Assembly: GCF_006345805.1 (NCBI RefSeq)
Contig: NC_043001.1
Location: 1,240,001-1,304,000, forward strand
DNA length: 64,000 nucleotides
From: Octopus sinensis
Lineage: Eukaryota
Direction of reading: 5' to 3'
The position numbers and the translations under genes were made by a program. The notes under the pieces are model-generated. The model did no database searches. It had not been told where the DNA came from and was given only the letters and a program-made list of their open reading frames with translations. Shown here piece after piece: positions 40,991 through 55,439 of this stretch. The stretch's first letter is position 1. Each line of letters opens with the position of its first letter.

Positions 40991-41619
40991 CCAGTTAAAG
41001 CAGTCTATAACCGCACAGCTGTGGACATTTTGTTGTCATCCCCAACAGTTGAAAGCTGCTTTTCATGCTGGTATGTGTTGACTGGGTCATCGCATTCACA
41101 TCAAAATCAGTCAGAAAGGAAATACTTATGTTTGGAAATCTGCTGCTACCACCCAGATTATTAATTTCCTTTTTTATGTTTAAAATTACTGGTACATTTG
41201 GTGAGATAAAGTCAAAGAAGTTATTGCTCAATGTTTGGTGTTTTCAAATAGGGAAAGAGACCGACTCAGACACAAATTGTGAGCCCAATCTCAGTGTGGA
41301 GCAGGGAATAATGCCAACGGGTCTAAAACCTCAAAATTACGGTCTTGAAATTCTGGTAATGGAACTTTGTTTGTTAGAAAGTAGTTTCGTTGAAGAAAGA
41401 ATTTATACAATTAAGAAAGAAATATCTCACACCCACACACACGGGTGTGCAAGTATCACAAGAATTTTCTAAGCTTGTTTTAAACATAAGCTCATGTGTG
41501 TGTGTGTGTGCATGTTCTCTTCTATATTTAATTATTTGAAGTCTTCCTGTAAGGAAGGAACTGTTCTCCAACAAAGATATAAACCTCCATCACTGGAATA
41601 AGGATAACAAAAACTATGT

Positions 41620-41990
41620 TACATTTTTAACTTGAGAAAAGTTTTGTCCATTTTTGCCATTCTGCTTACAGATCGTACTTGGAAAGTGTGTGTTTGCTGG
41701 TTAATTTCTTTTTCTGAAAACTTTAACCTTCCCAGATTGCCACTTCTTAGGCAAAACCCAATATTGCTGTCTCTGTGGAAGTTTCCTGTTGATGTCAGAT
41801 GGGTTTTAACATTTATGAATAAGATTTCCTTTACAAACCAGTCAAGCATTTCAAATGTTGGTATCAGCTTTGGTGCTGCAAATGCATTATGGGATATTGT
41901 CTGGATATAAGAGGAGAATTCCAGCTGCCATATTCTTCGAAGTATGGTGTAATTTTTTCTTGAGTCACTCTTTGTTCACTATACTTCAGT
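41620..41990 (-). mobile_element. Degenerate R4/Dong-like RLE C-terminus
   Basis: GNLGRLKFSEKEINQQTHTFQVRSVSRMAKMDKTFLKL resembles NLDKLGFSKRETHSLIRTLQVQSVTGRVKICKTFLKF. Confidence 0.6.
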
Positions 41991-42269
41991 ATTTATGTAT
42001 ACATGTGCACATGTATGGATGACCCTTTGACTGGTGTTACCATGAAGATTTTCATGGATTGAGACATAGTCATCATGTGATCATGAATGAAATTATTATT
42101 AAGGAACTTCTGTTGGATGTTGTTGGTTTCATAGGTGACAACAATATTACGAATCTCCTCCAGAAATTCCACAAATGGTTGACAGTCTGAGTTGTTCTGA
42201 GCCCTTCTGTGTCAAAATGAGAATTTGATGTACAGACATCCGTACCGTTTAATATCTTCCACATCAGCA

Positions 42270-42600
42270 TCACCAATATTGTTATGATGAAATGTTAAAA
42301 GGAAAGCAGAAGTCACCATTGGCGTTTGACTCAATGGAGACATTTTCAACATCAGAAGACTGCAGGGAAGCACCAGGGTCACATACAAACAGATTATTCT
42401 GCTACAGTGTGTTGATAACTGTGTTCTGGTTGATTATGCTCTGGAAACTGGACTGGCCATTGTCTCAGCAGCCGTTGCAAATGACAAAAAACAGGGCTGA
42501 CAATCAGCATCCAGAAAACTGAGGTCATCTGATAAGGGGACAAGACCCACCTCCTGTCTACTGTCTCACTACAACAGAAAATGCTTGAGAGATAATTCAA
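42270..42600 (+). mobile_element. Old RTE/BovB-like RT fragment
   Basis: NGDIFNIRRLQGSTRVT...LLQCVDNCVLV...(fs)GLTISIQKTEVI resembles the DGKLFNLRRL...ELLFADDCAL...FGLTISIKKTEV pattern. Confidence 0.65.
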
Positions 42601-43114
42601 CACCTGTTGAATGGTGGTGCACCAGTATGACCACAGCTTTGAAGCTGAAACACTTTACAGATTTATTTGTGGTGATAAATTGATAGATAAATATAATTTC
42701 ATTCTTTCACTGATTTCAGTTATTGTCTGTGGCCCTTCTGGGGCAATGTCATCAAGTGTTTTGCTGATCGATCCGAGCTATCTGTTTGTCAAACTGCAAA
42801 GTTCATTGAAAGGATGCAACATTAACACCACCATTTTTCAGACTGGCTAAAACTAAGCACACACACACACACACACACACATTCAGCAAAAACATACATG
42901 TATGCATCGACTAGTAAATCTTACACATAATTTATAGAAAATACTTTGTTAAAGATGTCAGACAGTGGTATTGAACCAGGAACCATGTGGTCATGAAGCA
43001 TAGAATTTCACTGCAGAACTATTCCTTGGTCTACAGACACCACACATGCATATTCCATACATAGAATTCTACCTTGAGAAACACATTCACACGTGTATGT
43101 AGGTACATACGCAC

Positions 43115-43153
<39 letters not shown>

Positions 43154-43575
43154 CATACATACATACATATATATACATATATCTTAGATAAAGAGAAATA
43201 TGCACAGAGACTAAACGTGTGTGTGTGTGTGGATGAGGGAGTCTATCGATGTTAGTAAAAACTACCTGTATTCAATCATTTCCAACTATTCTCCCTTTAT
43301 GCTTCCCTTTGTAGTTGAATACACTTCCTAATTTCTTTACAGAAGGGCTTATTGTTGTTGCTGCTGTTGTTGTTGCTGTATTTCATTTCTCCCTTTGAAC
43401 CCTCAAAAACATTCTCCTTTCTTTGTCGTGGCTTTGTTCTTGTTGTTGTTATTGTGGAGGTTGTTCTTGCTTTCCGCTTATTTCTTTTGCAAGATTTTCT
43501 CACTCATGCTTCACTGACTTTCAATAAACTAATAAGTAAGTCATAATGATAATAGTAACGCAATAATGTTCATAT

Positions 43576-43663
<88 letters not shown>

Positions 43664-43959
43664 GACAGAAATGGATAGATACATATTGATAGGTGGATAG
43701 AAAGATACACAGCATTGTGCAGTATCTTTAGCGGTGCTTTCTATTTTAGAAGAGGCTGCATGAATGCAGAATTTGATTGGTAACCACATGATTTTGGGTG
43801 ATTCTGTCAAACTGAATAGCATCTCGAGCATGAGTTTCCAGCTTTTGTCTTGGGTCAACTATGCACTGTGGTTAAAACTGTAAGAATGAAAATGCACGAA
43901 GCCTGTTTGATATATATATATATACATATATATAAATACATATACATACACATATATAC

Positions 43960-43991
<32 letters not shown>

Positions 43992-44199
43992 GGCACCTGG
44001 CACCTGTGCAGGTGGCACGTAAAAAGCACCCACTACACTCACGGAGTGGTTGGCATTAGGAAGGGCATCCAGCTGTAGAAACATTGCCAGATTAGACTGG
44101 AGCCTGGTGCAGCCTTCTGGCTTCCCAGAACCCCGGTCGAACCGTCCAACCCATGCTAGCATGGAGAACGGACGTTAAACGACGATGATGATGATGATG

Positions 44200-44217
44200 A
44201 TATATATACATATATAT

Positions 44218-44248
<31 letters not shown>

Positions 44249-44371
44249 TACATACACATATATATATATATATATATATACATATACATACATATATATA
44301 TATATAATATATATATATATATACATACATATATATATATATACATATATACATAGATATACATATATACA

Positions 44372-44402
<31 letters not shown>

Positions 44403-44914
44403 ATATATATATACATATATACATACATAAATATATATATATATATATATATATACATTTATACATACATAAATATATATATATATATATATACATATAT
44501 ACACACATACATAAATATATATATATATACACATACATAAATATATATATATACACATACATAAATATATATATACACATACATAAATATATATATATAC
44601 TAAGTAATTAAGGGTTTAGCAACGATTTGCCTCACCACACACCGAGTTTAGAAATACCAGTCAAAGAGTTATAGCTATTCTTTCTACTATATATATATAT
44701 ACTACTATATATATATATACATTCATAAATATATATATACATACATATATATATACATATATATACATACATATATATACATACACACATATATATATAT
44801 ACATATATATACATACATATATATACATACACATATATATATATATATACATATATATATACATATATATATACATATATATATATATACATATATATAT
44901 ACATACATATATAC

Positions 44915-44945
<31 letters not shown>

Positions 44946-45055
44946 CATATATATATACATATATATATACATACATTTATATATACATATATATATATAC
45001 ATACATATATATATACATACATATATATATACATATATATATATACATATGAGCT
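44200..45055. repeat. Long compound (TA)n/(TACA)n microsatellite field; similar fields at 23830-24080, 34085-34660 and 57760-57978
   Basis: Direct reading; source of the YIYI-type pseudo-ORFs. Confidence 0.95.
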
Positions 45056-45429
45056 CACACACACACACACAAACACACTGGCCTTCTTCAGTTTCTCTCT
45101 ACAATTTTCACTGATAAGATATTGATCAAGACAGTTATAGTGCAGGACACTAGCTGGCAGCTCCCTTGCAGTGGGACCAGAACCTTTACAACAAGGCTCT
45201 CAAATGAACTCTTAATGCACACAACCTATATCTATACATACATAGGTGCATACATACATACATGCATACATACATACATACATGCATGCATACATACATA
45301 CATACATACATACATACATACATACATACATACATACAAAAACAAGTGTTATGCCCACCATTTACCTACAACATAAAAGGCAGAAAACGTTGACAAACAA
45401 CAAATGTTTGGCTGTGCAAGACCAAAACT

Positions 45430-45715
45430 GAAACATCAACCACATTTTTACCAACTGTGAGAGAATGTCCTCCAGATATTATCTTGCCATGAGGAATGAT
45501 ACGATGGCCAGAACAGTCTGGGACAGAATAACAAAAAAAAGAATACCTACAAAGTTGATCATATTGAGAACGATGAGTTAAAAGGATACTGGTGGAACTT
45601 GGAAATTAGAACAGCCACTAAGTTAAAACACAACTGACCAAATATTGTTGTGTGGAATCAAGTAAAAGCTATGTTCCTGTTGTGGAAACCAGCTGTCTCC
45701 CTGGACACAGTCCCT
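45430..45715 (+). mobile_element. Degenerate R4/Dong-like fragment (knuckle C-terminal half plus RLE)
   Basis: NINHIFTNCERMSSRYYLAMRNDTMARTVW ... YWWNLEIRTATKLKHN*PNIVVWN. Confidence 0.75.
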
Positions 45716-46152
45716 GACAACAATTATCATGAATTTTAATTCTAAAGTCTGGCTTTTTGAATGAGACAACATTTTATAAAGAAACTTTGTAAGCTTTGAA
45801 AGTGGTTGCTCTTTTACAGACAAGAAAGTAAATTTTGAAAACAGTAAAACTGTAAGAACAGCAGAGAAAGATTGGGTATTTAGCCTTGCATTCAAAAAGC
45901 TATAATTTAACATTAAAATTGAGGGTAATTGTTGTCAGGGATATTTAGCTTAATGGTAGAACACTCAGCCAGTGTTTCAGGGTACAAGTTTGACTCTTCT
46001 AGTCCCCTGCTTGCGACTTTTTTCTCTCTTATAAGGGTAAACATATAATTTTTCTCTGGTGTTCTTACAGCTTTACTACTCTCAAAATTTACTTTCTTGT
46101 TTGTAATATAAATACATATATATATATATCTCATACTCATACTATAAACGAG

Positions 46153-46183
<31 letters not shown>

Positions 46184-46348
46184 TTGTTGTGCAAGATTTT
46201 TTATGTGAAGTCGTGTTGAAACAGATATTGTTATATTTCGGAATGGTCATTTTGCCAGTTTAGCCAATAAAAACACACGCACTATATATTTGGTGTTATT
46301 TTGCTTCAGTGTTATTTATTTTTTACATTAATCTTAATCTTATTTTGG

Positions 46349-46388
46349 CCAGAGTTCTTTCGTCACACTCCTGTGGCCGCATCAGTGG
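46349..46388 (-). ncRNA. Degenerate hammerhead motif
   Basis: cca-CTGATGc-ggccacaggagtgtgac-GAAA-gaac-TC-tgg. Confidence 0.45.
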
Positions 46389-46535
46389 TCCTTTGTTTTC
46401 TTCTTTCTTATTTGTGTCTCTCCTTACTAACCGTCTGCCATTTTGTATTTCTATTGTATGTTTTCAATTGTGCATGCTTATATATATATATATATATATT
46501 TGTGTATAACAGAAATGATAGAGATGGAAAATTGA

Positions 46536-46576
<41 letters not shown>

Positions 46577-46819
46577 ATATATATGTGTGTGTATGTATAT
46601 TGTGTATGTATATGTGTAGAGAGACAGAGACAGGCAGAAACAAGGAAAATGCCACTTGTATTTGAACACTATACAAACATTCTTTTAAAAATACTTGTCT
46701 TTTAATTTTTCTAAATTTAATTGTTTAATTGTTACGGTTGAAAAAGCCACAATGAATGAAACTGGTACTGAAATGTTTTTTATAATATTATTTTAGCATT
46801 TTCTATCTTGACTTTTTTT

Positions 46820-46858
<39 letters not shown>

Positions 46859-47172
46859 TAGTATGTTATATACAAATGTACATATATACATTGCATATAT
46901 ATGTATATATACTACAGACATATAAACCGATTTATACAATATATACATACATGACTTCAGCCATGTAACTACACATGGTCCATTGGCGATGTCTTCTCCC
47001 CCTTCTTTGGACTTTTCCCTTTCACCTTTCCGACAAATAGCTATGCTTGGAACATTATGCTCTCTCCTTTCACTGAGCATTAAACTAATATACTTCTTGT
47101 GCATGTCCACACGTTCCTTGTTTCTCTTTTCTTGTTTTTTATTTGAATTGACCATATATATATATATATATA

Positions 47173-49339
47173 TCATCATCATCATCATCATCATTTAGCG
47201 TCCGTTTTCCATGCTAGTATGGGTTGGACGGTTCTACTGGGGTCTGTGAAGCCAGAAGGCTTCATCAGGCCCAGTCAAATCTGGCAGTGTTTCTACGGCT
47301 GGATGCCCTTCCTAACGCCAACCACTCCGTGAGTGTAGTGGGTGCTTTTTACGTGCCACCCGCACTGGTGCCAGGCAGAGCTGGCAAACGGCCACGAACG
47401 GATGGTGCTTTTTATGTGCCACCGGCACGAGGGCCAGGCGAGGCTGGCAACGGACACGAAACGGGGCGGTGCTGGCAACGGTCGCGAAACGGAAAGTTCT
47501 CTTACATGCCACCAGCACTGGTAACACATCTGCAATTTCCATTGATCGATTTCGATTCTGATCCTCACTTGCCTCAACACGTCTTCACAAGTAGAGTTTT
47601 GTGTCCCAAGAAGGGAAGGTATGCATACGTAGGCTGGCTCCATCCCATGTAGAAGGCCACGGGTTGCGGACTCACTTGTCCTGCCGGGTCTTCTCGCACA
47701 CAGCACACTTCCAGAGGTCTCGGTCTCTAGTCATTTCCTCAGTGAGACCTAAAGTTCGAAGGTCGTGCTTCACCACCTCGTCCCAGGTTTTCCTGGGTCT
47801 GCCTCTTCCACAGGTTCCCTCAACCGCTAGGGTGTGGCACTTTTTCACACAACTATCTTCATCCATTCTCGCCACATGACCATACCAGCGCAAACGTCTC
47901 TCTTGCACACCACAACTGATGCTTCTTAGGTCCAGCTTTTCTCTCAAGGTACTTACACTCTGCCGAGTGTGAGTACCGGCATTACACATCCATCAGAGCA
48001 TACTGGCTTCATTTCTAGCGAGCTTACGCATATCCTCAGCAGTCACGGCCCATGTTTCACTGCCATGTAGCATGGCTGTTCGTACACACGCATCATACAG
48101 TCTGCCTTTCACTCTGTGCGAGAGGCCTTTTGTCACCAGCAGAGGTAAGAGCTCTCTGAACTTTGCCCAAGCTATTCTTACTCTAGCAGTTACACTTTCA
48201 GCACACCCGCCCCCGCTGCTGACTTGGTCACCTAGGTAACGGAAACTATCAACTATTTCTAGTTTTTCTCCCTGGAAAGTGACGGAAGTTGGTCTCAGAG
48301 CATTTTCAGTGTTTATTGTTCCTGAGCATCTGCCACATACAAAAACCATCTTCCTAGTTAGCCTTCCTTTGACATTGCTGCATCTCTTATGTGTCCATAG
48401 CTTACACTTGGTGCATCTTATAGAGTTTCTACCTACACCTTTTCTACAGATCGAGCAGGGCCATCTACCTGAAGGTGTTTGTGATTTGTCTACCTTCCTA
48501 CTGATTACGACTTTGGTTTTAGCTAGATTGACTCTGAGGCCCTTCGATTCTAATCCTTGTTTCCACACCTGAAACTTCTCCTCCAGTTCTGATAGCGACT
48601 CAGCAATTAGAGCAAGGTCATCAGCATAGAGGAGCTCCCAAGGGCATCCTGTCTTGAATTCCTCCGTTATTGCCTGGAGGACTATGATAAATAGGAGGGG
48701 GCTGAGTACTGAGCCTTGGTGGACCCCTACCTCTACCCGGAATTCTTCACTGTACTCATTTCCAACCCTCACCCTACTAGCGGCGTCCCTATACATGGCC
48801 CGCACAGCTCTCACTAACCATTCATCTATCCCTAGTTTTCTCATTGCCCGCCAGATAAGGGATCGAGGGACCCTGTCGGAGGCTTTCTCCATGTCAACAA
48901 AAGCCAGGTACAGGGGCTTATCTTTGGCTAGGTATTTCTCCTGCAGCTGCCTTACCAGGAATATAGCATCAGTAGTACTTTTCCCTGGCACAAACCCAAA
49001 CTGCATCTCATCTAAACTAACTCTCTCTCTAATTAGTTGGGCTATGACCCTCTCCGTAACCTTCATCACCTGGTCCAACAGCTTGATACCTCTGTAGTTA
49101 TTTGTATCTAGGGCATCACCTTTACCTTTGTAGCAGTTGACTATTATACTGCTACACCAGTCATTGGGTATGACCCCTTAGTGTATCACCTGATTAACTA
49201 TATGGGTGACTAGGCTATAGCCGACACTACCAGACATTTTGAGCATCTCTGCAGTGATTCCTGATGGGCCTGGGGCTTTCCCTGTCTTCATGCTTCTAAT
49301 TGCCTTAGCTACCACAGAACTATCAACTCGGATAGCTGG
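47173..49339 (-). mobile_element. RTE-clade LINE, 5'-truncated, young
   Basis: KAPGPSGITAEMLK, NYRGIKLL, QFGFVPGKSTTDAIF, LYLAFVDMEKA, GVHQGSVLSPLLF, LLYADDL, FRYLG, GRGRPRKTWDEVV; only two in-frame stops seen (about 49180 and 47993); long 3'UTR and (atg)n tail. Confidence 0.95.
47993..49078 (-). pseudogene. Open segment of RTE ORF2 reverse transcriptase containing a C4HC3 PHD-type finger (48326-48457)
   Basis: 361-aa ORF; YADD at about 48617-48628; CSIC-x10-CTKC-x4-H-KR-C-x14-CGRC between RT subdomains 6 and 7. Confidence 0.9.
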
Positions 49340-49511
49340 TATATATATATGTATATATGTATATATATATAATTATACACATACATATATATATATATAT
49401 AATTATACACATACATACACACCCACATATATACAATGGATATGCATGTACACACTCTTGCAAATGCAACTGTGTGATGGTTTGTATGTGTATGTATATG
49501 TGTATTATGTG

Positions 49512-49577
<66 letters not shown>

Positions 49578-50573
49578 CAAAATTACACATTTCAATATTG
49601 GAACACTTGTAAGTTTCCATATCAACAACTTCTGAATGCTTTTTGACTTTGGTGGGTAACACGTGATTCTTATTGACCTGCACATATCAAGAATTATTAA
49701 TAATTATGTTTATTGGGAAGTAATCCATTTACCATGTTGATTCCTGCTGTGGCCAAAACATAACAGGAGCCTATATTTCACATATCCCTGGGTTGATTCA
49801 TTGAGGATGAGGTTGTCAACACCAATGAATTATTTATCTTGGCTAGCTTTAGTAAAGATTCAATGAAGCCATTGAGTCAGTTCAAGAAACAAGAACAGCT
49901 ACAAAATGGATGAATTTAGAGAAGAATTTTATTGGAATATTCAATGAGTAAGGGTGAAACAAGTCGATGATTAGCACTCTGAGGACATCACCTTTTTTTG
50001 GATATTGTCCTTAAAATACTGTTGCAAGAATTTTAAATACATGCCATCACAGAAGGAAAAAGACACAAGAAAGATGTATACCTACACATGTATGTGTGTG
50101 TGTGTGTGTGTATGCATGTGTGTTAACTATTGATTCACACACACACACACATATATACACACAGACAAACATTTACGAATGCACATTTACAAACTCATAT
50201 ACATATATGCATATACATGCATATAATGACATACAAACACACACACACACACACATATCTATCGATAGACACATGTAAGCATGCACACACAAGCATACAT
50301 ATATATGCATATATACACACATGCATTCACATATTGTCCTTCGACCTCTGAACACTGGTATCTTTAAAATGTGGTATGTTGGTACCCGTATGTACCACTG
50401 TACCTGTGCATGTGTGTGTGTGTGTATGTGTGCATGTATGTGTGTGTGTTTGTGCACACTTTACAAATGTGTGAAGTTTTTCATTGACAAGAACTCTCTT
50501 TGATGGCTTTGTTTTCTCACATTCATTTCCTTCTTCTGTTTTAAACATACACACAGCTATACATACAGTATCA

Positions 50574-50612
<39 letters not shown>

Positions 50613-51169
50613 TATATATATGTACACATGCATATATACACACACACATACACCGTGTATATGTTCTTTACTTTAATAACATTTTTACCCCATGATTCTG
50701 TGTGTTTGTACATCATTAAATGCAGTTTGTTTACATGTTGTTGTTGTTGATGATGATGACGAGTTCTTTTTGTGGTGGTAGTGGTTGTGGTGAGGGGTTG
50801 CTAAGCAATTACGATGTATGAATTTATTCTTTTCTCACTCCCGCCCCACCCAGCCCTTCACCTGCTGCACCCTGCACCCACTGAATGTGTCGAGAGGAAA
50901 GGCGTTGTGGAGAGGGGTTTCATTTAATGTCATTATTTTACCTCTAAATTTAGTTCCTTCTGCAATCAAAAGCTATAACAACCATCTATACATGTTTACA
51001 AGATTCCTTTTTTTTTCTTTTTGTAAATTCCATAGTACCATTTCCCTATTCTTCAATACAAACGAGCCTTTCAAACTTTCTTTTGAAATCATCACCCTCT
51101 TTGTGTGTATGCATGTTGGTTTGTACACATCTTGTGTATATAGCTATGCATACACACACATACATACAT

Positions 51170-51218
<49 letters not shown>

Positions 51219-51779
51219 TGTGTATATATATATGCATGGCTGAATGGTTAAGAATTTCACTTTGCAACATCAAGGTTTCAATTTCAGTCCCACGGTGTAG
51301 CAGCTTGAGAAAGCAACTTTCACAATGTATCTACATTAATTATGATATACAGATGCTGTTCTAATCTAATCATGCTTTCGCTGCTAATAACATATTTTAT
51401 TCAGCAGAGTGGCTAATTACAATACGTGAATTTACAATCTGTATCTTCCTGTACGAGTAGCAACAGATTTTATCTTAGCGTGCAGTTGGCAGAGAGTACA
51501 TGCTATTGACAAAGCCCAATCACGCAGAAATACACATCTAGCATTCTCACTGCGGCTTCTGGATGATATTTGTCTGCTACTGATATATATTGTTGTGCTT
51601 TTGAACACAGAATGTTCATAGGAGGAATCAATCCTGGACAAAATCCGCAGCCAATTTGCCATTTGTGATGTACTTGCATTAAGTCTGATACATAGATAGA
51701 AATATATATTTATATTCATGGCTTGATTTTGCAAATAGTGCTGTTCTCATTAACTGTAGATCTACCAGTGTTCAACAAG

Positions 51780-52090
51780 TCTGATTTGGTCACCAGTGAT
51801 TTATGCAGCCTCTGTCACCATAGCTGCAAAGAAAATTCTTCTCTGGGATCATAACTACAGCATCACAATTCTTCCTCAATCGTCTTTTGCCCTCAAAGAT
51901 CCCTTCATGCAATTTAGAACCTGGAGACAATTTTGTGAATGGTGTTTCCCCAGACCTTGTGACTGGAGGTTGTATTAGACCTCTGGTGACAATCAGAGTG
52001 ACAAGTACCAAAGGATTTCTTCAGAGAGTTCTTGAACCTTTATCTCAACTTTCTTGTGGTAATCACTGGAGTGTTTTCCATACAGTACAC
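51780..52090 (-). mobile_element. Ancient RTE C-terminal fragment
   Basis: VTRSG...EGKRRL.. resembles HVTRS.G..KTILQG..EG.R.RGR. Confidence 0.4.
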
Positions 52091-54029
52091 TTAATGGAGA
52101 AACCATTATCATTAAATATATGTATTTGTAAATATATTATCAGTTTTTTTAATGATATATTGACAGAAATATATCTATTTATCTGCATGCCAATCTATCT
52201 TCTACACATCAATATGTTATGGAGGTCTCCCTCTCTCTCTCTCTCTTTCTCTCAGTATATACGTGTGTGTATATGTATACATGAATACATAAATATATAG
52301 AAGACAGTCATTTACTGATGATGGTGATGAGACACTGACACATACATACATGTGTGTGTGTGTGTATATATATGTATGTATATATACATATACATATATA
52401 TATTTGTATACATACATATATATATGCATGTATGTATGTCTGCATATATATGTATATATATGTGTGTGTACATGTATGTATGTATGTATAAATGCATATG
52501 CACATTTGTATATATGTAACCTAGGTACTAAGCTATAACACACATAAAACATAATTTCAAATGGTTATTTTCTTATTTGTCATATTTTTCTATACTTAAT
52601 ATATTTTCACAAATCTAATTGAAATTAGCTTCAGGTTACAAAAGTGCTAATGATAAGTTGATTAACATTAATTAGTTTTTTTTAAATGTTTCCACACATT
52701 TCATGTTTTCTTCCTGCTGACATTTTGATTGCAAAATTTTCTTAAATTTCATTTTCACATTTTCTGTCTCCATTCTTGCAAGGATTCGGCAGATATTTGG
52801 GGCGGGACTTATTCAATGTAAGACAGTAGCTTTGATCCTCCTTTTTAGGGTCGCTGAGATGGGAAGTCTGAAAGGGGCTTGGATTCCATGACTCATGTTT
52901 CTATTGTTGAAAAGAGTTCATTAGTCTTTCACGTTAACCTCACAGTTGAAACCCTCGTCCAGTTTAGGCTCCTGTAAATTTATGCAACAATCCTTATAGA
53001 TTTAGGGCTTTACAGGCTTCACCACAGTTTCCATCAAACCAGGGTTTTTGCTGACTCAAGGCTGTGGTAGAACTCCAAATTAGTTATGTGGAAAGCTTTT
53101 TGGAAGTATAACAGATAACTATAATTTCAAGACCCAACTTTGAGTCACTCTGATTTTTCTACATCAGAGAATTACATTTCGAGTACTTGTGTCTGTGGAA
53201 CACTCAACCACTTGTGCATAAAATACTGCTCAGTGGTAGTGACCATAGAACCAAATGAATGCAAGGAAACTTGAGGATCACATGTGCATATCTGCATCGT
53301 ACTATGGGAAAATATTGAATTAAAATTGGATTCAAAATGTGGCACAATGCTAAGAATTTGGGGTGAGGGGGTTGGTCAATTACCAGCTTTCCACCTTATG
53401 TTGAATTAATATTGATTTCTAAAGCACAAAGCCAAACTTTTGGAGAGAATGGGGTGTATTCTATTATAACGACCTTCAGTACTTGACGGATATTTTTTTG
53501 CATAGACTATCCCCAGCTGCAGGGCTGTTTTAACAGCATTATAAATTCCCAGGCAAAACATATATATTTATATATTTACTAACAGCAAGCTACGGTATAT
53601 TCAGATTAGCAATTGGACCTTAAAGCCATGAAGCCTTTTGGACAACAATACTGTGTACTGCCTTAAATTAGAACTGCCAGGAGGACAGAGAGAAAAGACT
53701 GCCCCAACAGGTTTTGAACACTTCAGAATATAACAGTAGTACAACTAGATATGTAGCACAAGATACTTCCTCTGATGACCTACTAACGATTCTGCCAGTC
53801 CACTGATAGTATTTAAATTAATTACTGACATGACTAAAGAATGGGCCTAGATTAATATGCATTGATGATTGTGTAAATTTGTTTTCATGTGTAAGGAAAA
53901 AAATGAAGAATTAAAAATAAAAATAAATTTTAAAAATTTTGTACACAGATGAGCAGTGTTAAATGATAGTGCTCAGACATGATGGAGGTTTAATTGCTTC
54001 TCAGTAAAAATGACAGAATAAAAGACAGC

Positions 54030-54066
<37 letters not shown>

Positions 54067-54656
54067 TTAAAATAAAACTACTGAATGATGATAATAATAA
54101 TAATAATAATGATGATGATAATAATGATGATGATAATGATGAATAACTAAATTATATAAGAGGAATAAATAAACAAACACCAATTAGATTTTAAAAGAAT
54201 GGTTATTAACATTGTATTAGGTAGGAATGGTATGTTTATGGCAGAAATAAAATAGAATAACAACAATAATACATAAAGAAATAAACTGGAAAAAAAAAGG
54301 ATTTAAGTTAAAATATAAACTAAGTGATAAAAACTATTAAGTACGTTTTTTCTGTGTTTTGTTTTATTTTCATTTTTGGTTTATCACAAGATTCTGAGAT
54401 AGACTAAAATAAGTAGATAAATAAATATATATATAAAAAAATAATTCAAATTTTGTAATATTTTTTAAAAGTTACTCAACTGTTTTGGTAAAGAGGGACA
54501 AAAAGAATGGCAGAAAATAAATTGCATATAAATATGGACTAAATGGACATATATATGTGTGTTTCATTGCGTGCGCGTGTGTGTGTATCTATATGTATAC
54601 ATAAATATATATGTGTATGTGTTTGTATATACACATGCACACTATCTCTCTCTCAT

Positions 54657-54697
<41 letters not shown>

Positions 54698-55439
54698 TGT
54701 ATGTATGTATATGTAAACAAAACATGCACAATTTGAGAATATTGCTGTGAGATTATTTAAATTATATAAGATAATTTAAATGTCATAAGAAAACATGTGA
54801 CATTAAATATGAAGAAAAAATAAAAATAAAAAAGGAGTAAAAAATAATTTTAAAAGTTTACCTTGATTACTTAAGCATAACTGAAGAAGATTTGCTTATG
54901 ATACTGAAATATAAAGAAAAGATACATAAATTTGTATATATGCATACATACAACCATTTATATATATATATATATATACACACACACTTATGATATATAC
55001 AGATATATAAATGCACTTATATAAATATATACAGATATGTATACACAAACACAAAGACTATGTAATGAGCAAAGACAGGAGAAAGACAAAAGAAAAGGGA
55101 AAAGTTTTAGTAGAAAAGTTATTAGTATAATGTTTCAAAAGAAAGAACATTGTCATTTAATGTTTTGGACGTTAATCCTTCATCAGAGAAAGGAATGAAG
55201 AGAAAATAGTGGTGGAAATAAGAAAAAGAAAAAGATTTAGGAACCAAGTGGAAACACAAACACACACACACAGACGCATGGTATATCCTAGTTTTCAAAA
55301 ATGAACATACTGGACATTAGTGTGTCAGGGATGGTTAAAATGGTTGGCACTGGAATGGGCATCTGACTGTAAAAGACCACCATCTGAAGGAGCTGTTCAA
55401 CCCAAACTTTCATAAAAAAGTAAACAGTAACAAAATGGT

